A DNA stretch of 64,000 bases. It comes from Azolla caroliniana. Its lineage: Eukaryota > Plantae > Polypodiophyta. A program made the position numbers and the translations under genes. Shown here in pieces: positions 21,501-36,569 of this stretch; position 1 is the first letter of the stretch; each line of letters begins with the position of its first letter. The DNA is taken from the NCBI GenBank assembly GCA_043228905.1, contig JBHGNT010000010.1, forward strand, positions 11,470,001-11,534,000, given 5' to 3'. Below the pieces are notes generated by a model that saw nothing but the letters and a program-made list of their open reading frames with translations, searched no databases and was not told the origin of the DNA.

Positions 21501-24500
21501 CCAATATTGTCGAGAAATTAATTCTAGAGTTTTGCGTACTCCAAAATGTCCAGCCATTGGTGATTCATGGCAGTGTTGTAAAACTTGTAGTCGTGGGGGA
21601 CCATCAAGAACATACAATAGGTTTTGTTGAAATAGAAAACCACCATGCCAATAGAACTGACGATAATCATTACGAGGGTTTTTCGACTGCGAGAAAGAAG
21701 CACGATCTGGGACACTTTGATCCAAAACATCCTTGGCGAATTCATCAGGGGCCGTATGATCTTGAATGGAATCAAGAATAGTGGAATCTTCAAGAGTTGT
21801 TATGGCATTAACTACCATTAATCGTAGGCGATTAGGACCCAAAAAGATTTGTTTTTGATGCTCAAACACAGGTTCCCTTGGACGAAGTTCCATATAAGAG
21901 CATCGAGAAAGTGCATATGCTTTGCCTTGCTGCATCCCAGGGCGATATATGATTACAAAATCGAAGTGGGTCAAAAATTGCGCCCATCGGGCTTGTCGCC
22001 GACTCAAGACTCGAGCATTTTGAAAATATGTCAGGTTCTTATGATCATTGTAGACAATGATCTGCTACGAAGAGCCTTCTAGAAAATGTCGTCATTGTTG
22101 AAAAGAATCCACAATTGCAAGAAGTTCTTTGTCATGGATCTCGTAGTTGATCTCTGTTGCTTCAAACTTTCGGGAATGAAAGGTGACAGGGTGTAGCTCT
22201 CCATCATCTCCAGTCTGCGATAGGACACTTTCTAGAGCAAAATCGGATGCATCAGCTTCAAGGATGAAGCATTTTGTTGGGTCAACATGTGCTAAAATAG
22301 GCGTTGTTGTAAACGCCCGTTTTAAACTTTCAAATGCCTCGCCCGTTTTAAACTCCATATGAATAGTTGATTTTTGTGTGTGAGTTGAGTGAGTGGAAGC
22401 ATGACCTTAGAATAATTTTTAATAAATTTCCGATAAAAGTTCGCAAACCCGAGAAAACATTGCACATCGCGCACTGAAACAGGTGTCTGCCACTTTAAAA
22501 TTGCTTGAACCTTCATGGGGTCCATAGAAATACCATATGATGATACAACGTACCCCAAAAATTCCACTTGATTCTGGCCGAAACTACACTTTTCTAATTT
22601 TGCGTAGAGACCATATTCTTGTAGTCGACATAGTACTTGATGAACATGTTCATCATGCTCCTCTTGGGTCTTCGAGTAGATCAAAATGTCATCTAGGTAA
22701 ACTATAGTGAAGATATCGAGAAAATTTCGAAAAATGTCATTCGCCATATGCTAGAAAACTGCAGGTGCATTCGTGAGACCGAATGGCATCACAATATACT
22801 CGAAATGTCCATAGTGAGTGCGAAAAGCAGTCTTCCATTCATCCCCTGGACGAATCCGAACTAGATTATATGCACCACGAAGGTCCAATTTTGTGAAATA
22901 TTTTGCTCCACTAAGATGTTCCAAAAGATTTAGGATTAATGGATGGTCACTTTGCTTAACCCTCGATAATCCACGACCAACCAAAGAGACCCATTCTTTT
23001 TCTTAATGAAGAAGATAGGTGCACCAACAGGGGATCTAGAATGCCGAACGAATCCATTTGCGAGATTCTCGTCGATATATTCTCGCAAAGTCTCTAGCTC
23101 TACAAGAGAGATATTATAAATTGGGCCCCATGGAGGTTCTTTCATTGGTTGTAAGTCAATAGGGCAGTTGTATGGCCGATGCTCTGGCAATGTATTGGCC
23201 TTCACCTTATCAAAGACGTTGAAGAACTCTTTGTATTTCTCTGGTAATTTAATGTCCCCTTCATGTATGGTGGATGATGGAGTTGCTACTATTGCAAATA
23301 TGAACATATCCTTGGTCTCCCCTTCCTCAGGTAACTAGCGTAAAGAGATGGTCGATAACTTATGGGATCTAGTATCAAATGTCGGAGAGTTGAGGGATGC
23401 GAGCTTTGTTCTTTCTTCCTGGGTCTCCTCAATTGTCCTTTTCATCTAATCAATCTTCGGGTTATGGAGTTCAAACCAAGGGAGACCTAGAACTATTGGG
23501 TGTTCCGGACTACGAATAATGTTGAAAGAAATTATGCTTGCCAAATCGCCAACAACTATATGAATTGGCTCAGACTCCTCGACTATATCACCTGATGCTA
23601 TAGGACGGCCATCAACGACTGCTACGGCTACTGGGTTCAGGAACTTATTCAAAAGGATGTTTTATGACAATGCAAATTCACAATCCATGAAACAAGAGTT
23701 GGCTCCAGAATCTAGGAGGGCAAAGGCTAGGACTCGATGACATGTAGATGTGGTAAGCTCAACTTGTGCAGAAAAAACTCTACTCACTTGACTCGATGAA
23801 ATGGAACCACGAGTAGGAACTAACTCTACATATCTAGGATGTGTCAAGCTTCAAACTCTTGACATGACCATGTTATAATCAAGTATTATGGGTTAACCAA
23901 CATATCTAGTATACAATTATGTATATAATTGGTCCTTGTAGTTTTGGCTAGCATCATGTGCATAGTTGCTCCCTTGTAGTATTTACACTTGGCACATGCG
24001 TGTGTACCTACATGCTGTTGGCATAAAAGGCTGACTCCTTCCAAATTGTGTCCGTCCGAGTGTGAACTCGTTAATAAGTTAGGGCTTAGTATATAAGTGA
24101 ATACCTAACATGGTAATGAGTGATGACGAGCAGCGTATTGTATCTCTGAGAAAGAACGAAGTAATAAAAAGCTTTCCATTAAAGCTCCATTTGTGTAAGT
24201 CTCCACGCCTATTCTATTTTCTATATGTGTTGTTTGCTGTCCAGTACTGACTATAGATCCATACATGTTTCCACACATAGCACTCGTACCCACAACTGGT
24301 ATCAAAGCCGAATCTTTGTTGTTCGGCGGCAACAGACAACAAAAGAAGTTGAAAGAAAAGACTAGGTCAGAAATCTCAAGTTCACAAACAGAATATGGCT
24401 TGAACATCCGGAATAGGAGTTGAAATCAAAAAATTCGATGACAAAAACTTTGCCTTGTGGAAGGAGATGATGCAGGATATGTTGATCATTCGAAAACAGG

Positions 24501-24747
24501 TTGAAGCCATTCGGCACAACGAAAAACCTGCTGCAAAGACAGCAGAGGAGAGGAGATCAACGGACGAAATCGCACGCTCCACCATCCGAATGAATCTGAT
24601 CGAAAACATCTATTTCAGCATGGCGAAAGAGACGACAACGTTCTCATTGTGGGAGACGCTATAGGTCGTCTATGAGAAGAAGTCATCATCTTCAAAACTG
24701 ATCTTGATCAAACAATTGTTAACATGAAGATGAAAGTGACTGATCCG

Positions 24748-27700
24748 CGTTGTCCACCGAAATAGTAACCGACGGACAAGAGCGCAGAAATATAGCATAT
24801 AGTAATATTGTAACACATGTAAATGGTTCATGCGGGAAGTGTGAACGGCTAAAAGACCCTGCATATATAAAGGGCAGCAAACCTCTGATAGAGGTAGCGT
24901 GTAATTTTGAATGTAAAAGGCGTATCTTAATAGAGTTCTATCTTCTCTAATCCCTGTGCATATCTGTGGTTCATCTACTATGTGTCTGTGATTCTTGGTG
25001 GCGTAGCTTAGTCGTAAGAGCGTAGGCGTGAGTAATAGTGTGGTTGCTAGTCCACAGTCTAAGGAGTTCGATTGTAGCCGACTCCCTTATACGCTACTAA
25101 GATACGAGAGGTATCCCACTAAGTATTACGCTACGATGATACCATTCGTTGCAACACAGTTGCTTTGAGGTCTAGGTCGAAGGACTGACCGTAGACCGTG
25201 TTCCTAATTGGTAACACTTTTGGCACGCTTGGTGATCTGTGTCTTCTCATAGATGAACAAAGAAGAATGGATGTTTAGCCGCAAACACCCTAGAGAACCA
25301 ACACGACAAGACCGACCAATCACAAGGTCCATCACACGTCAGGCAAAGGAATGTGCACGACAAAAGCCTCGCCTGAGTGACCTCAGTGATACCTGTCGGG
25401 ACCACAAAGACGATTTCTCGCTCCCCAAATATGTCGGCGACATGCAGGAAACGCACTCACCACAAAAGCATTGTGGTCTTTCCCTGCCCACCGTAGCATC
25501 CAACATAGCCTTTTCTTATCCCCGCTTCAACGGCGAAACCGATGCCGCAACCCACATTCGACTGTTCCTAAATGTCTGGAATGCAAACCACATGGCGCAG
25601 AGCCTTTCCAAAGCAGTAGCGCACCAGTCCAAAATGATGGAGTTCGGATTATCCTTGGATGGGAGAGCGGCGTTTTGACATTTGCATATGGATCTGCCAA
25701 CAATCACAACCTTCGACCAACTGCAATCAGCCTTTCAGTGTTTTTTTCATCGGAGGGTGCCGCAACGCGAAATCCTCGGGCAGTTTTACACAATTAAACA
25801 ATTGCCGACCGAGATTGTAGCGGATTTCAGTTTACACTTCCGAAATCTATGGCGGAAATTAGAACGGGGCCCGACGGAGGATGAGGCTCGGGAGACATTT
25901 CTGGCAGCATTACGATGACCCATACGGACAACACTCAACAACAATAGCGTGAAAGGGGAAACAACCGATATGGTCATAGAACGAGCGCGACATCTCGAAC
26001 TGAACGAAGAAGAGGAAAGGTTTTCCATGTCCTCATTATGACAAGCGTTACCTCAAGATGAGGAACGACATTTTTGCTAGGCGATCCAATGCACGATTTG
26101 CTTAAATTTGGGGCATTCCGCAGTTGAATGCAACATGCAAATCCACTGTCCAATCTGTCACTCGAAAGCTCACACAGTTGAGCAGTGCGAGTACAATATG
26201 TTGAACAGATCCACACCCACAATACGCAGCGTGGAAACACAGCGTCCCCCACGTCGTAATGAGCAAAGGCGGCAAGAAGAACGACCCCAATATATGGATC
26301 GCAACCCATGCGATGACCGGCACTACCGGAATCGCTGGAATCACAATGATTCCGAGGAGGACGAACCAGAGGATGAAGACTATCGTGGCAACCACAGAAA
26401 TACTAAAGGGGGTCGACGCTATGAGAATTACCATTCAACAAACAAACGTGGTAGCTTCAATGGGCGTCGCGGAAAACATCGTCAATATCAGGACCAACGG
26501 CGGTACGACGAAAGTTCGGACGATGATCAGCACCAGGAACCGCGCCGGGACCAACAGCAACCACCGCGTACGCTCCGATGAACGAATCAGGACCGGGAGG
26601 AGCAAGTCACACCTAGGGATCGGCACACACCACTAGTTGCCGAGAAGGGCAAATCTAGCGTCCATTATTTTGTTTGCCAACAACCCAGACATTATGCCAC
26701 ACAATGCCCAGTACGCAAGGGCAAGGGGCCCGCCGTCAATATGATTATGTCAGCAAACAAAAAATGTTGATTGGGCCACGCAATATGAGATACGTCAGAC
26801 AGCCCAAGCATGGGTTGAAAAAGCAAATGCGGCAAATACGGAACGCATGCGGAAGGAGTCTGCAAACACGATGGAACTATTGGAGGAAGAGGGAACATCT
26901 CTGGATCCCATATGGCAAGCACTGACATGCTGCAAGATAACGTTAACCATGGAGAAGCTACTGCAACTAGTCCTACGATTCCGCCAAGCCGTGGAAGAGC
27001 GGATAATGGGCAGACCTGGGGTAAGCGTCGCCGCGAATTTTACGGACATCATCGCCAGACCAACAGTGGTGGATCACCACAATCCGGCTATTAAGTTGAT
27101 ACTACACAGTCAAGAAATCCCGGGATGCGTAATCAACGACGGCTTGGGCGTTAATGTAATTAGCGCGAAGACATGCGAACAATTGGGAATTTCAGAATGA
27201 GAAGCTTGCCCGTTTTGGCTTTGCATGGTCGATACCCGCTCAATACGACCATTGGGTTTGATACGCAAGCTAGGCATTATCGTGGGAGGACATCGCTTCG
27301 ACATCTCGGCAGTAGTCCTTGCCCTTGATGCCCCAGGAGCGTATCCTATGCTGTTGGGTAGACCATGGCTTCGTTCAACGAATATCAAGCAGAGCTGGCA
27401 ACACAAGTGTATCAGCTTTTGACGCGGACGCACCAAGGTTCGCGTACCAACAGAGGAAATGGCAGCACAACCGAAGGGCATAACACCATTATATGCGGAG
27501 TATATAAATATGCTAGCTGGGGTGGAGGATACAGAATTAGAGGTATACCTAGACGAGCACCCCCAGATCATTCCGCTATTCGAAATCGACGTCATCGAAA
27601 CCACAACGGAGTATGCCACGCCCGCTACGCTCCACAACGAGGCTTACGAACCAAACCCAGAGTCAATATTAGAACTAAGTAGAGCACGGGCAACGTTCGA

Positions 27701-30700
27701 GAGGGAAATGGAAATTTCACGACGAGTCACTGGCTCAGCCCTTGAAGAAGTAAATGTGGGTACGGTGTCGGAACCACAATTCCTCTCCATCGCAAAAGAA
27801 TTACTGCCGGATCAGAGAGACGTGATGATAACACTACTCAGGAAGTATAAAGATGTGTTCGCTTGGGCCCATGAGGACATGAAGGGGTTATATCCGAAGT
27901 TCTATCAACATAAGATCAATTTAGCGACCGACGCGAAACCGGTCCAACAACATCGATACCGTATGAACCCAAACTACGCGGGCCGCGTAAAAGAAGAAAT
28001 TGACAAACTCCTCAAGGCCGGATTCATACGACCAGTTAAACAAGCTACACGGTTAAGCCCAATAGTAGTTGTACCAAAGAAAAATGGCAAAATACGTGTA
28101 TGCGTGCACTACCGGAAATTGAACGCCGTAACCATTATTGACGCATTCCCTTTACCGTTCACCGATAGCGTACTGGATGCCGTCGCAGGGCATGACATGT
28201 ACAGCTTTTTAGATGGCTTCAGTGGGTACAACCAAGTACGCATGCACCCCGACGACCAAGAGAAGACGGCGTTTGCCACGGACTGGGTAATCTATGTTGC
28301 AATCGTCATGATGTTCGGGCTAAAGACGATGCTGGCTACATTTCAAAGGACAATCACGGAGATTTTTGGGGAATATATTCCAGCCTTCATGGAAGTTTTT
28401 TTAAACGATTTTGTGGTATATGGGACAACAACCGATCATTTTACGCATCTGCAGGTTTGCCTGGAGCGTTGCCGAACCACACGCTTAAGTCTGAATCCCG
28501 CCAAATGCGCCTTTGGCGTTACCAGCGGGGCTCTCCTCGGCCACATAGTCAGTAAGGAAGGGATAGTGGTTGATCCGAATAAAATCTCCACGATTACTCA
28601 CGCAAAAACACCGACAAACGCGAAATCACTCAACCGGTTTTTGGGACAAATACAATGGCACAGTAGGATGATACGCTATTTGGCGGACTTCGCCACGCTG
28701 TTACATGTCGCCGGTCATTAGACTCCTTTCCAATGGACAGCTACGGAAGAGAAGGCATATGATGCGCTAAAGGTAATGCTAACGCAGGCACCCGTTGTAC
28801 AGTCACTAGTTTGGACGAAGCCATTCCACGTGTTCGTAGATGCCTCAGACATAGCAATAGGTAGTGCGCTAACAGGGAAATTTGCTATATGGATACTACT
28901 GCTTCAAGAATTCGACTTTGTAATTCAGCACCGCCCGGGTACGCAACACATAGTGGCAGATTTCTTGAGCAGACTAGATAATGGAGAAACGATGCAGAAG
29001 GATGACGACAACTTTCTGAATGCGGACATCCTGCGGGTAGCAACTCTAGTAGAACGAACGGAAAAGACTTTTCCGGATCGGTGGCTGATGGAAATGACCT
29101 ACTTTCGGACCACGGGGTTACCGCCACCCTAATTACGGACGGAAGAGAAAAAATGGTTGGCCGTATGGAGTCAACATTTCTGTTTAGTAGAAGACATACT
29201 ATACCACAAAGGCAGTGACGACATTTGGAGGCGCGGAATACGACAGGATGAGAAGGTCGCGGTTCTACGCGAAGCCCCATTGTGGTACGACGGGAGGACA
29301 TTACGCGGGCGATGTTACGGCCCGGAAACTCTGGCAAGCAGGACTTTGGTGGCCGACGACGCAAAAAGATGCGTATGAATATTGTAGATAGTGCGATTTA
29401 TGTCAACGACTGGGCCAGCCATCGGAAGTCGCGAGGACGCCACACCAACCAGTGTTGCCACTAGATCCTTTCCAAAAGTGGGGGCTAGATTTTGTGGGAC
29501 CTTTTACCCCGACGGCTGCTCGAATAGGCAATAAGTACATCTTGGTGGCCACGGATTACTGTACCAAGTGGGTAGAAGCGAAACCACTACGCGAGAATAC
29601 CACGTGTGTCGCGGCGAAATTCCTTTACGAACACATCTAGTGTCGTTTCGGCTGCCCTATCGAGCTCATTAGTGACCAAAGGAGTCACTTCCTCAATACC
29701 GTCATCAGCGAATTGACCCAACATTACACCGTGGTTCACAAAAAAAGTACGTCGTATTACCCTCAAGCAAATGGCTTGGCAGAATCCACGAACAAAACCC
29801 TACAAACTTCCTAAAAAAGATAGTCAATGAGAACAGAACGGATTGGGATACCAAATTGCACAGCGCGCTCTGGGCATACCGTACCAGCTATAAGACTAGC
29901 ATATGATCAACGCCTTTCCGACTAGCATTTGGTCTGGAGGCCGTGATGCCAGTTGAATTCCAGGTACCTAGTTTGCGGATTCAAGTACGAGCCCGACTAC
30001 CGGAGGACAAATCCGAACAAGTACGACTACAACAACTGCTAGAACTAGGAGAAACAAGGTTACATAGTATGGCCATATTAGAGCAAGAACAACAACGGCG
30101 CAAAGCATTCGTGGACGGACACCGGCATACGTGTGAAAAAGACTTTACGGTTGGGAAAGCAGTATTAGTTTTCCAAACACACATAATGCATATGCCAAGA
30201 AAATTAAGATTCCGCTGGACAGGCCCGTACTGGATAGTGGGAGCAGAACAAGGAACGTTTCAACTTGGCACATTGGCCGGGTAAGTGTTACGTCAAAAAG
30301 TAAATGGGTTTTGCTTGAAACCTTATCTTGGACCTACGCCACCTAACTCATTCCCCACCGAACAAGACAAAACCGGAGAATCCGCGGAGTAAGCAGATGG
30401 CCCCACTTGTATTATAGTGTAAAAATAGTATTGTATGTAACCGTTACGAAAAAGAAGAAGAAGAGAAAATAGCAACGCTACTAAAAGGACTTAAGGCATG
30501 CACAGACTTCTAGGCCAAGAACACGCGACACCACGATGGCTCACCGACCAATGAACCCTAGGCCACAAAAAAAGGAAATAGAATGTTTTCTGCACAATAC
30601 AGAAACCCACCTTCTAACAATCATCGCTCCCCTTCCTCACCCTCTTCGCCATCCTATCATAGAGCCCAAGTTCGCCATAGCCAGCAATCCTCACCCGTTA

Positions 30701-33700
30701 GCCACGAGCCTATTCCGACTATGCCGATATCCATCTCTGCCGCCTTGTGTCGATGGCTCATGGAGAAACGCTTGGATGGGTACATCAGAGTCGTCGAGGC
30801 ACCTCCACACCCTGACGCACCGGACATCGCTAGGAAGCTCAACATCGACACGGTCACCAACTCATCCATCCGGGAAAAGCTAGACCTGTCATCACTGGGA
30901 GAAAGACACTTCGAAATCCCTCCTGCAGAATCTTTGCAAAGATATTTCAGTCCATATTCGTCATCCGCCAAGGCATATAGAACAAAGGAGATCCCAGATC
31001 CCTTTTTCCACAAAATCGCCAAGTTCCTGTTGGAGGTCGGATGCGTACATGTAAACACATATGGGATGCCCAAACAGAAGGCAGGTATCATCATTGATAC
31101 CTTTGAAGGGTGTACGGTCGATTGGGGGGTCATTACGGGGCCGGCGTTACAAGAAGGCTTGCATGCGTATCAAGGAGGCAAAAAGCTCAGGCCTATCATA
31201 CAACAGTATCTGACAATACTATTCCCACCCCGAGGTCTACCGGCACCAAAACCCAACAAACCCATGTCGTCGCCCCGATCCGCGAAGCGAAGGTTAGCGG
31301 AGTTAGCCACCACAGAGTGGGAGGATGAACCCCTACCCGCCCAGCCGAACACGCAAACAACACAGGAAGAGTAGGCTGAGCACACCGAGGAAGCAACACA
31401 GGAGCCCGGAAGCTGAACCACAACAGGAAAGCCTGAGGCCGAAACGGCGGAGACTGGACAAGAAAGATGGGTGCGGTTAGTTAAAGACACTCGCGGCCAC
31501 AGAGACGACGACCGTGGTCGACAGGTCCGTAGCTACGGAGCCCAACACCACCTTCGAAATAATCCAGGAACCACGGCCGATCATTACGGCCCAGTCACAT
31601 CGGGGGAAAGGCATATTTACGGCGGAAAGCGAGGTCCTGGCAGAATCCGGACATTTCAGACACGACCCATGAGTTCGGCGCACTATTGCAGTTCGGAACC
31701 ACTTTTGAACTCATGGAATTTTTGGCAACGCAACAAATAAAAGTCTCACAACGAATGGCCGAGGAGCACGCGGAGCGCTAGATGATCGAGCGCGCGCTAA
31801 CACAAATGGCGGAAAGCGACGATGAGGATCAGTTAGCCAGAGTCCGCAGATAGAGGAACGTCGGTATACGTTGAATGGGGATGGAACTACCTCCATTGAA
31901 CGCGGCTCTTGTCGAAGTTCATCGGGAACTGGCGAAGGTTAGTATGGGCGCCAAGGATATGGCAATTATAAATAAAAATTTCTAGAAGACTGTCAAATTG
32001 ACCCAAGCCAAGCTACAAAAGGGCAATGCACGCATCGCGGAATTAGAGCCTAACGTGACTACGGTGCAATAGGCAGCTCAACCAATGACCAACACCATCG
32101 AGGCCCTGAGAGAAGAAATTGAGGCCCAGACCGCCATTGCCTCGAAATCAAAACGGGCCGTGCAACTGGCGGAATCAGAGATAGACCGTCTCCGCTCCGA
32201 ACTTCGCCAGTCCTCAGACAGAGAGAAGGACATCCGGGCCAACGGCCGAAAGACAGTAAAAACACTGGAAGAGAAACTCGCAGTGGAGGTAGCACAGCAC
32301 ACCTACACGAAAGAAGAAAATGCCAAACTACGGGAGGAAATGAAAAAATCGGAAGCGGCGATTACGGGACTCCGGGCGTTATTAGACAAAAAGAAAGCAT
32401 CTTTCGACGAGCAACTGGTTGGAGAACAGGACAGGAGGTATCAGCTAGAAATCTGCCTGAACAATGAAATGGGAAAGCTGGAAGAACTACATTCGAAGGA
32501 ATCTCAGCTCTAGGTAGGAATGAGGAGCACTTATGAGGAAGCGGCGGCAGTTAGTAAACAAGAAATTGAAAACCTCAAGAAATCCGTAGAAGAAGCACGC
32601 AACCGTTGCCAAGCAATAACGGACAACGTGCGCATACTTCTGCAAACGAATCGGGAAAGGTTTACGGCGCAATTAAAATCGGCGCTAGACAAAGGATGGA
32701 TGGCGTGGGCCGCACAAGCGGCGGAATTGCATATGTACCGGGCGGACTGGGAGAACCAAAGGAAAGACGGCCGAGGGTTCTACAAACTCAATGAGGAAAG
32801 CATTGCGGCAGTATGCGAGGACCTAACGTAGGACTATTGCACGCTAGCGGACCAACATTCCGAGGAACTCGTGCAGCTACTAGATGATTTTGGTGAAAGT
32901 CAGGAGGACCTGTTTCACCAGATCATGCAAGCCGACAGCACGCGAACAAATGAGGAATCCATCGCAATACCAATTCCGGATATTGCCAAACAAGAGGAAC
33001 CTCAACCCATGTCACCAGAAATTACCACTACGGTGGACAGCACAGAACGGCGAGTGAAGCCCCCCGTAATACCAAAAAGCGAAACCGCCGACCAAAAGGA
33101 ACCCCAACCACCGGAGTGTACGACTACAGCCGACATCATGGAGGACATTCCAAACCAAGAGGAACCCCAACCCCACTCACCGGAGCGTATGACTACGCCC
33201 GACATCATGGAGGAAGTTACGAACGAAACAGAACCGCAACCTACCGCAAGCCCGTTGGCGGCTGAACCAACCACAATATCACAAGAAGAGCCAGCAGAAC
33301 CCGGACCTCCCACACAGGAAGCCAATGACACCATGGGAAGCCCTCCCGAGCAAGCAGGGGAACCACACAACGACACGCCTACAGGCCCTACATCGTCCCT
33401 GGACCCGGACACCGAAGCAGAACCAAACATCAGGGCCATTTTGGAGGAAGATTAAAGGGGTGGGTCCGACGTGCCATGGCACTATCCCAAAGGCGTGCCA
33501 GGTGTTGTCCGTCGGAATAGTAACCGACGAACAAGAGCGTAGAAATATAGAATATAGTAATATTGTAACGCATGTAAACGGTTCACACGGAAAGCGTGAA
33601 TGGCAAAAAGACCCAGCGTATATAAAGGGCAACAAACCTCTGATAGAGGTAGCGTGTAATTTTGAATGTAAAAGACGTATCTTAATAGAGTTCTATCTTC

Positions 33701-33971
33701 TCTGATCCCTATGTGTATCTATGGTTCATCTACTGTGTGTCTATGATTCTTGGTGGCGTAGCGTAGTCGTAAGAGCGTAGGCATGAGTAACAGTGTGGTT
33801 GCTAGTCCACGGTCTAAGGAGTTCGGTTGTAGCCGACTCCCTTATACGCTACTAGGATACGAGAGGTATCCCACTAAGTATTACACTACGATGATACCAT
33901 TCGTTGCAACACAATCGCTTTGAGGTCTAGGTCGAAGGACTGACCGTAGACCTTGTTCCTAATCGGTAACA
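24748..33971 (+). mobile_element. Full-length non-chromoviral Gypsy element with a 3' extra ORF
   Basis: 469-bp LTRs at 24748-25216 and 33503-33971, TSD ATCCG, PBS-like TGGCACGC at 25221, gag with several Cys/His knuckles, PR (LLGRPWL), RT (27459-28721), INT ([12 protein letters not shown]). Confidence 0.93.
30583..33455 (+). pseudogene. Extra ORF downstream of pol (globular N-terminus, coiled coil, acidic Pro/Thr-rich tail), broken by stops
   Basis: ORF pieces 30583-31374, 32085-32513, 32520-32831 and 32871-33455 lie between integrase and the 3' LTR; the last three share a frame. Confidence 0.7.
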
Positions 33972-34633
33972 ATCCGGCAACCTCCCACATCAACACCTTC
34001 AGCTGGGTGTTGTCAGAGCTCTCGTCACAAGGGATCAACTTCGAAGAAGAAGTGAAAGCCCTTGCCCTCCTATCGACCTTGCCGGCGAGTTGGGAGGTAT
34101 TCTGTACGACTTATGCTAATAGTTGACCAATCCTAAATCTGAACGAAACAACCGGCCAAGTCCTCACAGAGGACGTCGGGCGAAAATCGATGGGACTAAC
34201 CACCGATGAGTCGGTAAAAGCCCATCACTCGACCTAGTCGTTTGACCGACAGAGTCGAACAAAAGAACATGCCGACAGAACCGCTCGTCGCTATAGCCGA
34301 TCGAAAACAAGGGGTGACCAACAGCGGTCGAAGTCGAGAACGGACCGAACAAGTGAGTACTGCACACACTACAGGAAAGCTAGCCACAATGTTTCCGACT
34401 ACTGGTCAATAAAAAGAAAAGAGAGTGGTCGGCGATCCGAGCGGAATCAGGGATGTTTTGACTCGAACCACTCTCCAGTCGGCAACCAGATCAATGTTGT
34501 CGACACCCGACCTGGAGAAATCCTCTTCCTAGAGGATTCGATGATCGGAGAAGTCCTCTACAATGCACAAGTTGCACCCACATGGCTACTAGACTCTAGT
34601 GCCACATTTCGAGTGACCCCCAACGTTGAATGG

Positions 34634-35354
34634 TGACAGGAACTACACGCTCCGATGAACACCGCTCGGCCGCAACCGAGCTTAGAATCAAACACAGAAA
34701 ACCGGGAATAAATGCATGACACAGAGAAGACAAGAGTACACCGGATGTTAACGTGGAAAACCCAAACTAGGGAAAAACCACGGCAGCCCACAGACTGCAA
34801 ACTATCACTATATCACAATGATTACAACAATGAGCTCACGGAGGCAACGACCTCGTGCTCACGATCTTCGCCACAGGCGGCGGTTACAACAGAGGCAACG
34901 ACCTCTTACTCTCTCTCTCTCTCTGTGCACTGTTACGCGCTATCTGATCTAGCGCCAACAAGAATGACAACAACACTCTCCTTCTAAGTTTGCCCTAAGT
35001 CATATTTATACTGATATGACTTTTCGGCTATTTACAAATATAGCCCCAATGGCCTCTCAAGAAACATATTTACGAATATGTCCCTTCATCCGGTGAGCAC
35101 TCCTCACCGGGCCTGCATCATCCATCTCTTGCCGGGCACTTGTCATTCGGTTCTCACCGGGTCTTCACCATCCGGCTCTTGCGAGGTACTTCTCATCCGG
35201 TTCTCACCGGGTCTTCCGTAGCCGGGTACTCCTCGTTCGGTTCTCACCGGGTCTTCCGTAACCGGGTACTCTTCATCCGGTTTCGGCCTTGGCCGAGTTT
35301 GCTCATCAACACTGTTCTTCTCACTTCCCATCCGGAGGGACCTGTCTCCCAACA
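34634..35354 (-). mobile_element. Solo LTR (Copia type, family of 55642-56490)
   Basis: TG...CA ends, TSD AATGG (34629-34633 and 35355-35359), internal CCGGTTCTCACCGGG repeats. Confidence 0.92.
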
Positions 35355-36569
35355 AATGGTTCTCGAACTATTCGGCCGACGCAAGCGGCACAATCCGACT
35401 GGGAAACAGGCGGGAGTGCAAGATAGCAAGAACCGGGGAGGTTCCCATCAAATTGCCAAATGGAAACACAATAACCCTGCACCAAGTTCGGCACGTACCC
35501 GATCTAAAGAGGAGTCTGGTCTCCATCGGCATGTTAACCAAAGACGAGTATCAAACGACTCTACACGAGTCCACATGGGTGATCAGCCGAGGAAACCTCC
35601 AAATTGGTAGTGGGCATAAGTATAATAATCTATACCCACTACCGACAATCAACCCTGAAGGGGCCGTGAACGTAGCCGAGAAAACTAACCCGAACTTATG
35701 GCATGGCCAACTTGGCCACATGTCTCAAGCCGGACTAGATCGGTTGATGTCGGTCGTCTACATCCCGAAACTCCAGGCAAAGACGAACATCTACGAGCAC
35801 TGTCGATATGGGAAACAGACCCGAAGTCCGCACTCTCTCCACTACGAGACGGTACGACAACCCCTAGAGCTCGTGCACACAGACATATGTGGGCCCATGC
35901 CAGGGCGATCACTAGGAGGCTCCCGGTACTTCATCACATTCGTAGATGATTGTATACGGAAAGTTTGGGCATACTCCATCAAGTCCAAAGATGAAGCGCT
36001 TGAGGTCTTCACTCGATGGATATCTGAAGTGGAGAACCGGTCGGGGACACAGAGTGAAGACACTCCGATCCGACAACGGAGGTGAGTACACCTCAAGAGT
36101 CTTCAAACAGTACCTATCCGAAAAAGGGATCCAACATCAAAAGACCGTTCCTTACACACCCATGCAGAATGGGGTGGTTGAACGGATCAACAGAATGATT
36201 CAGGAGTGGGTGACGACAATGCTCCAACAAACCGGATTGAAGCTGGAATTCTAGGCCGAGGCAGTGTAGACGGCAGTGTACCTAATAAATCTGACGTCGT
36301 CAAGAGCAATCAGGCTTGAAGTGCCACAGGCACTATGGTTAGGCAAACAGCCGACCTACAATAGGCTCCGTATATTTAGATGCGAAGCCTACACATTCAT
36401 CCCCATGGACAAAAGGAAGAAGTTGGCACCCCATGCAACAAAGTGTATATTTCTCAGTTATGGAACCGATGGGGACTTTGGCTACCGGCTATGGGACCCT
36501 AAGAACCGGAAATTTATCCGGAGTAGTGACGTAGTCTTCAATGAAGACTCTATCTTCTCTCAACGGAAC

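Larger units (their letters stand above)
12562..23841 (-). mobile_element. Chromovirus (Tcn1-like Gypsy), 5'-truncated; PR-RT-RH-INT-chromodomain at 20270-23841; 3' LTR (12562-12938 plus 20178-20269) split by a Copia
   Basis: LLDSGA protease, [30 protein letters not shown] integrase, chromodomain FEVVAILDS...YLVDWVGY...TWEP (about 20370-20495), PPT at 20272-20284 (-). Confidence 0.88.
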
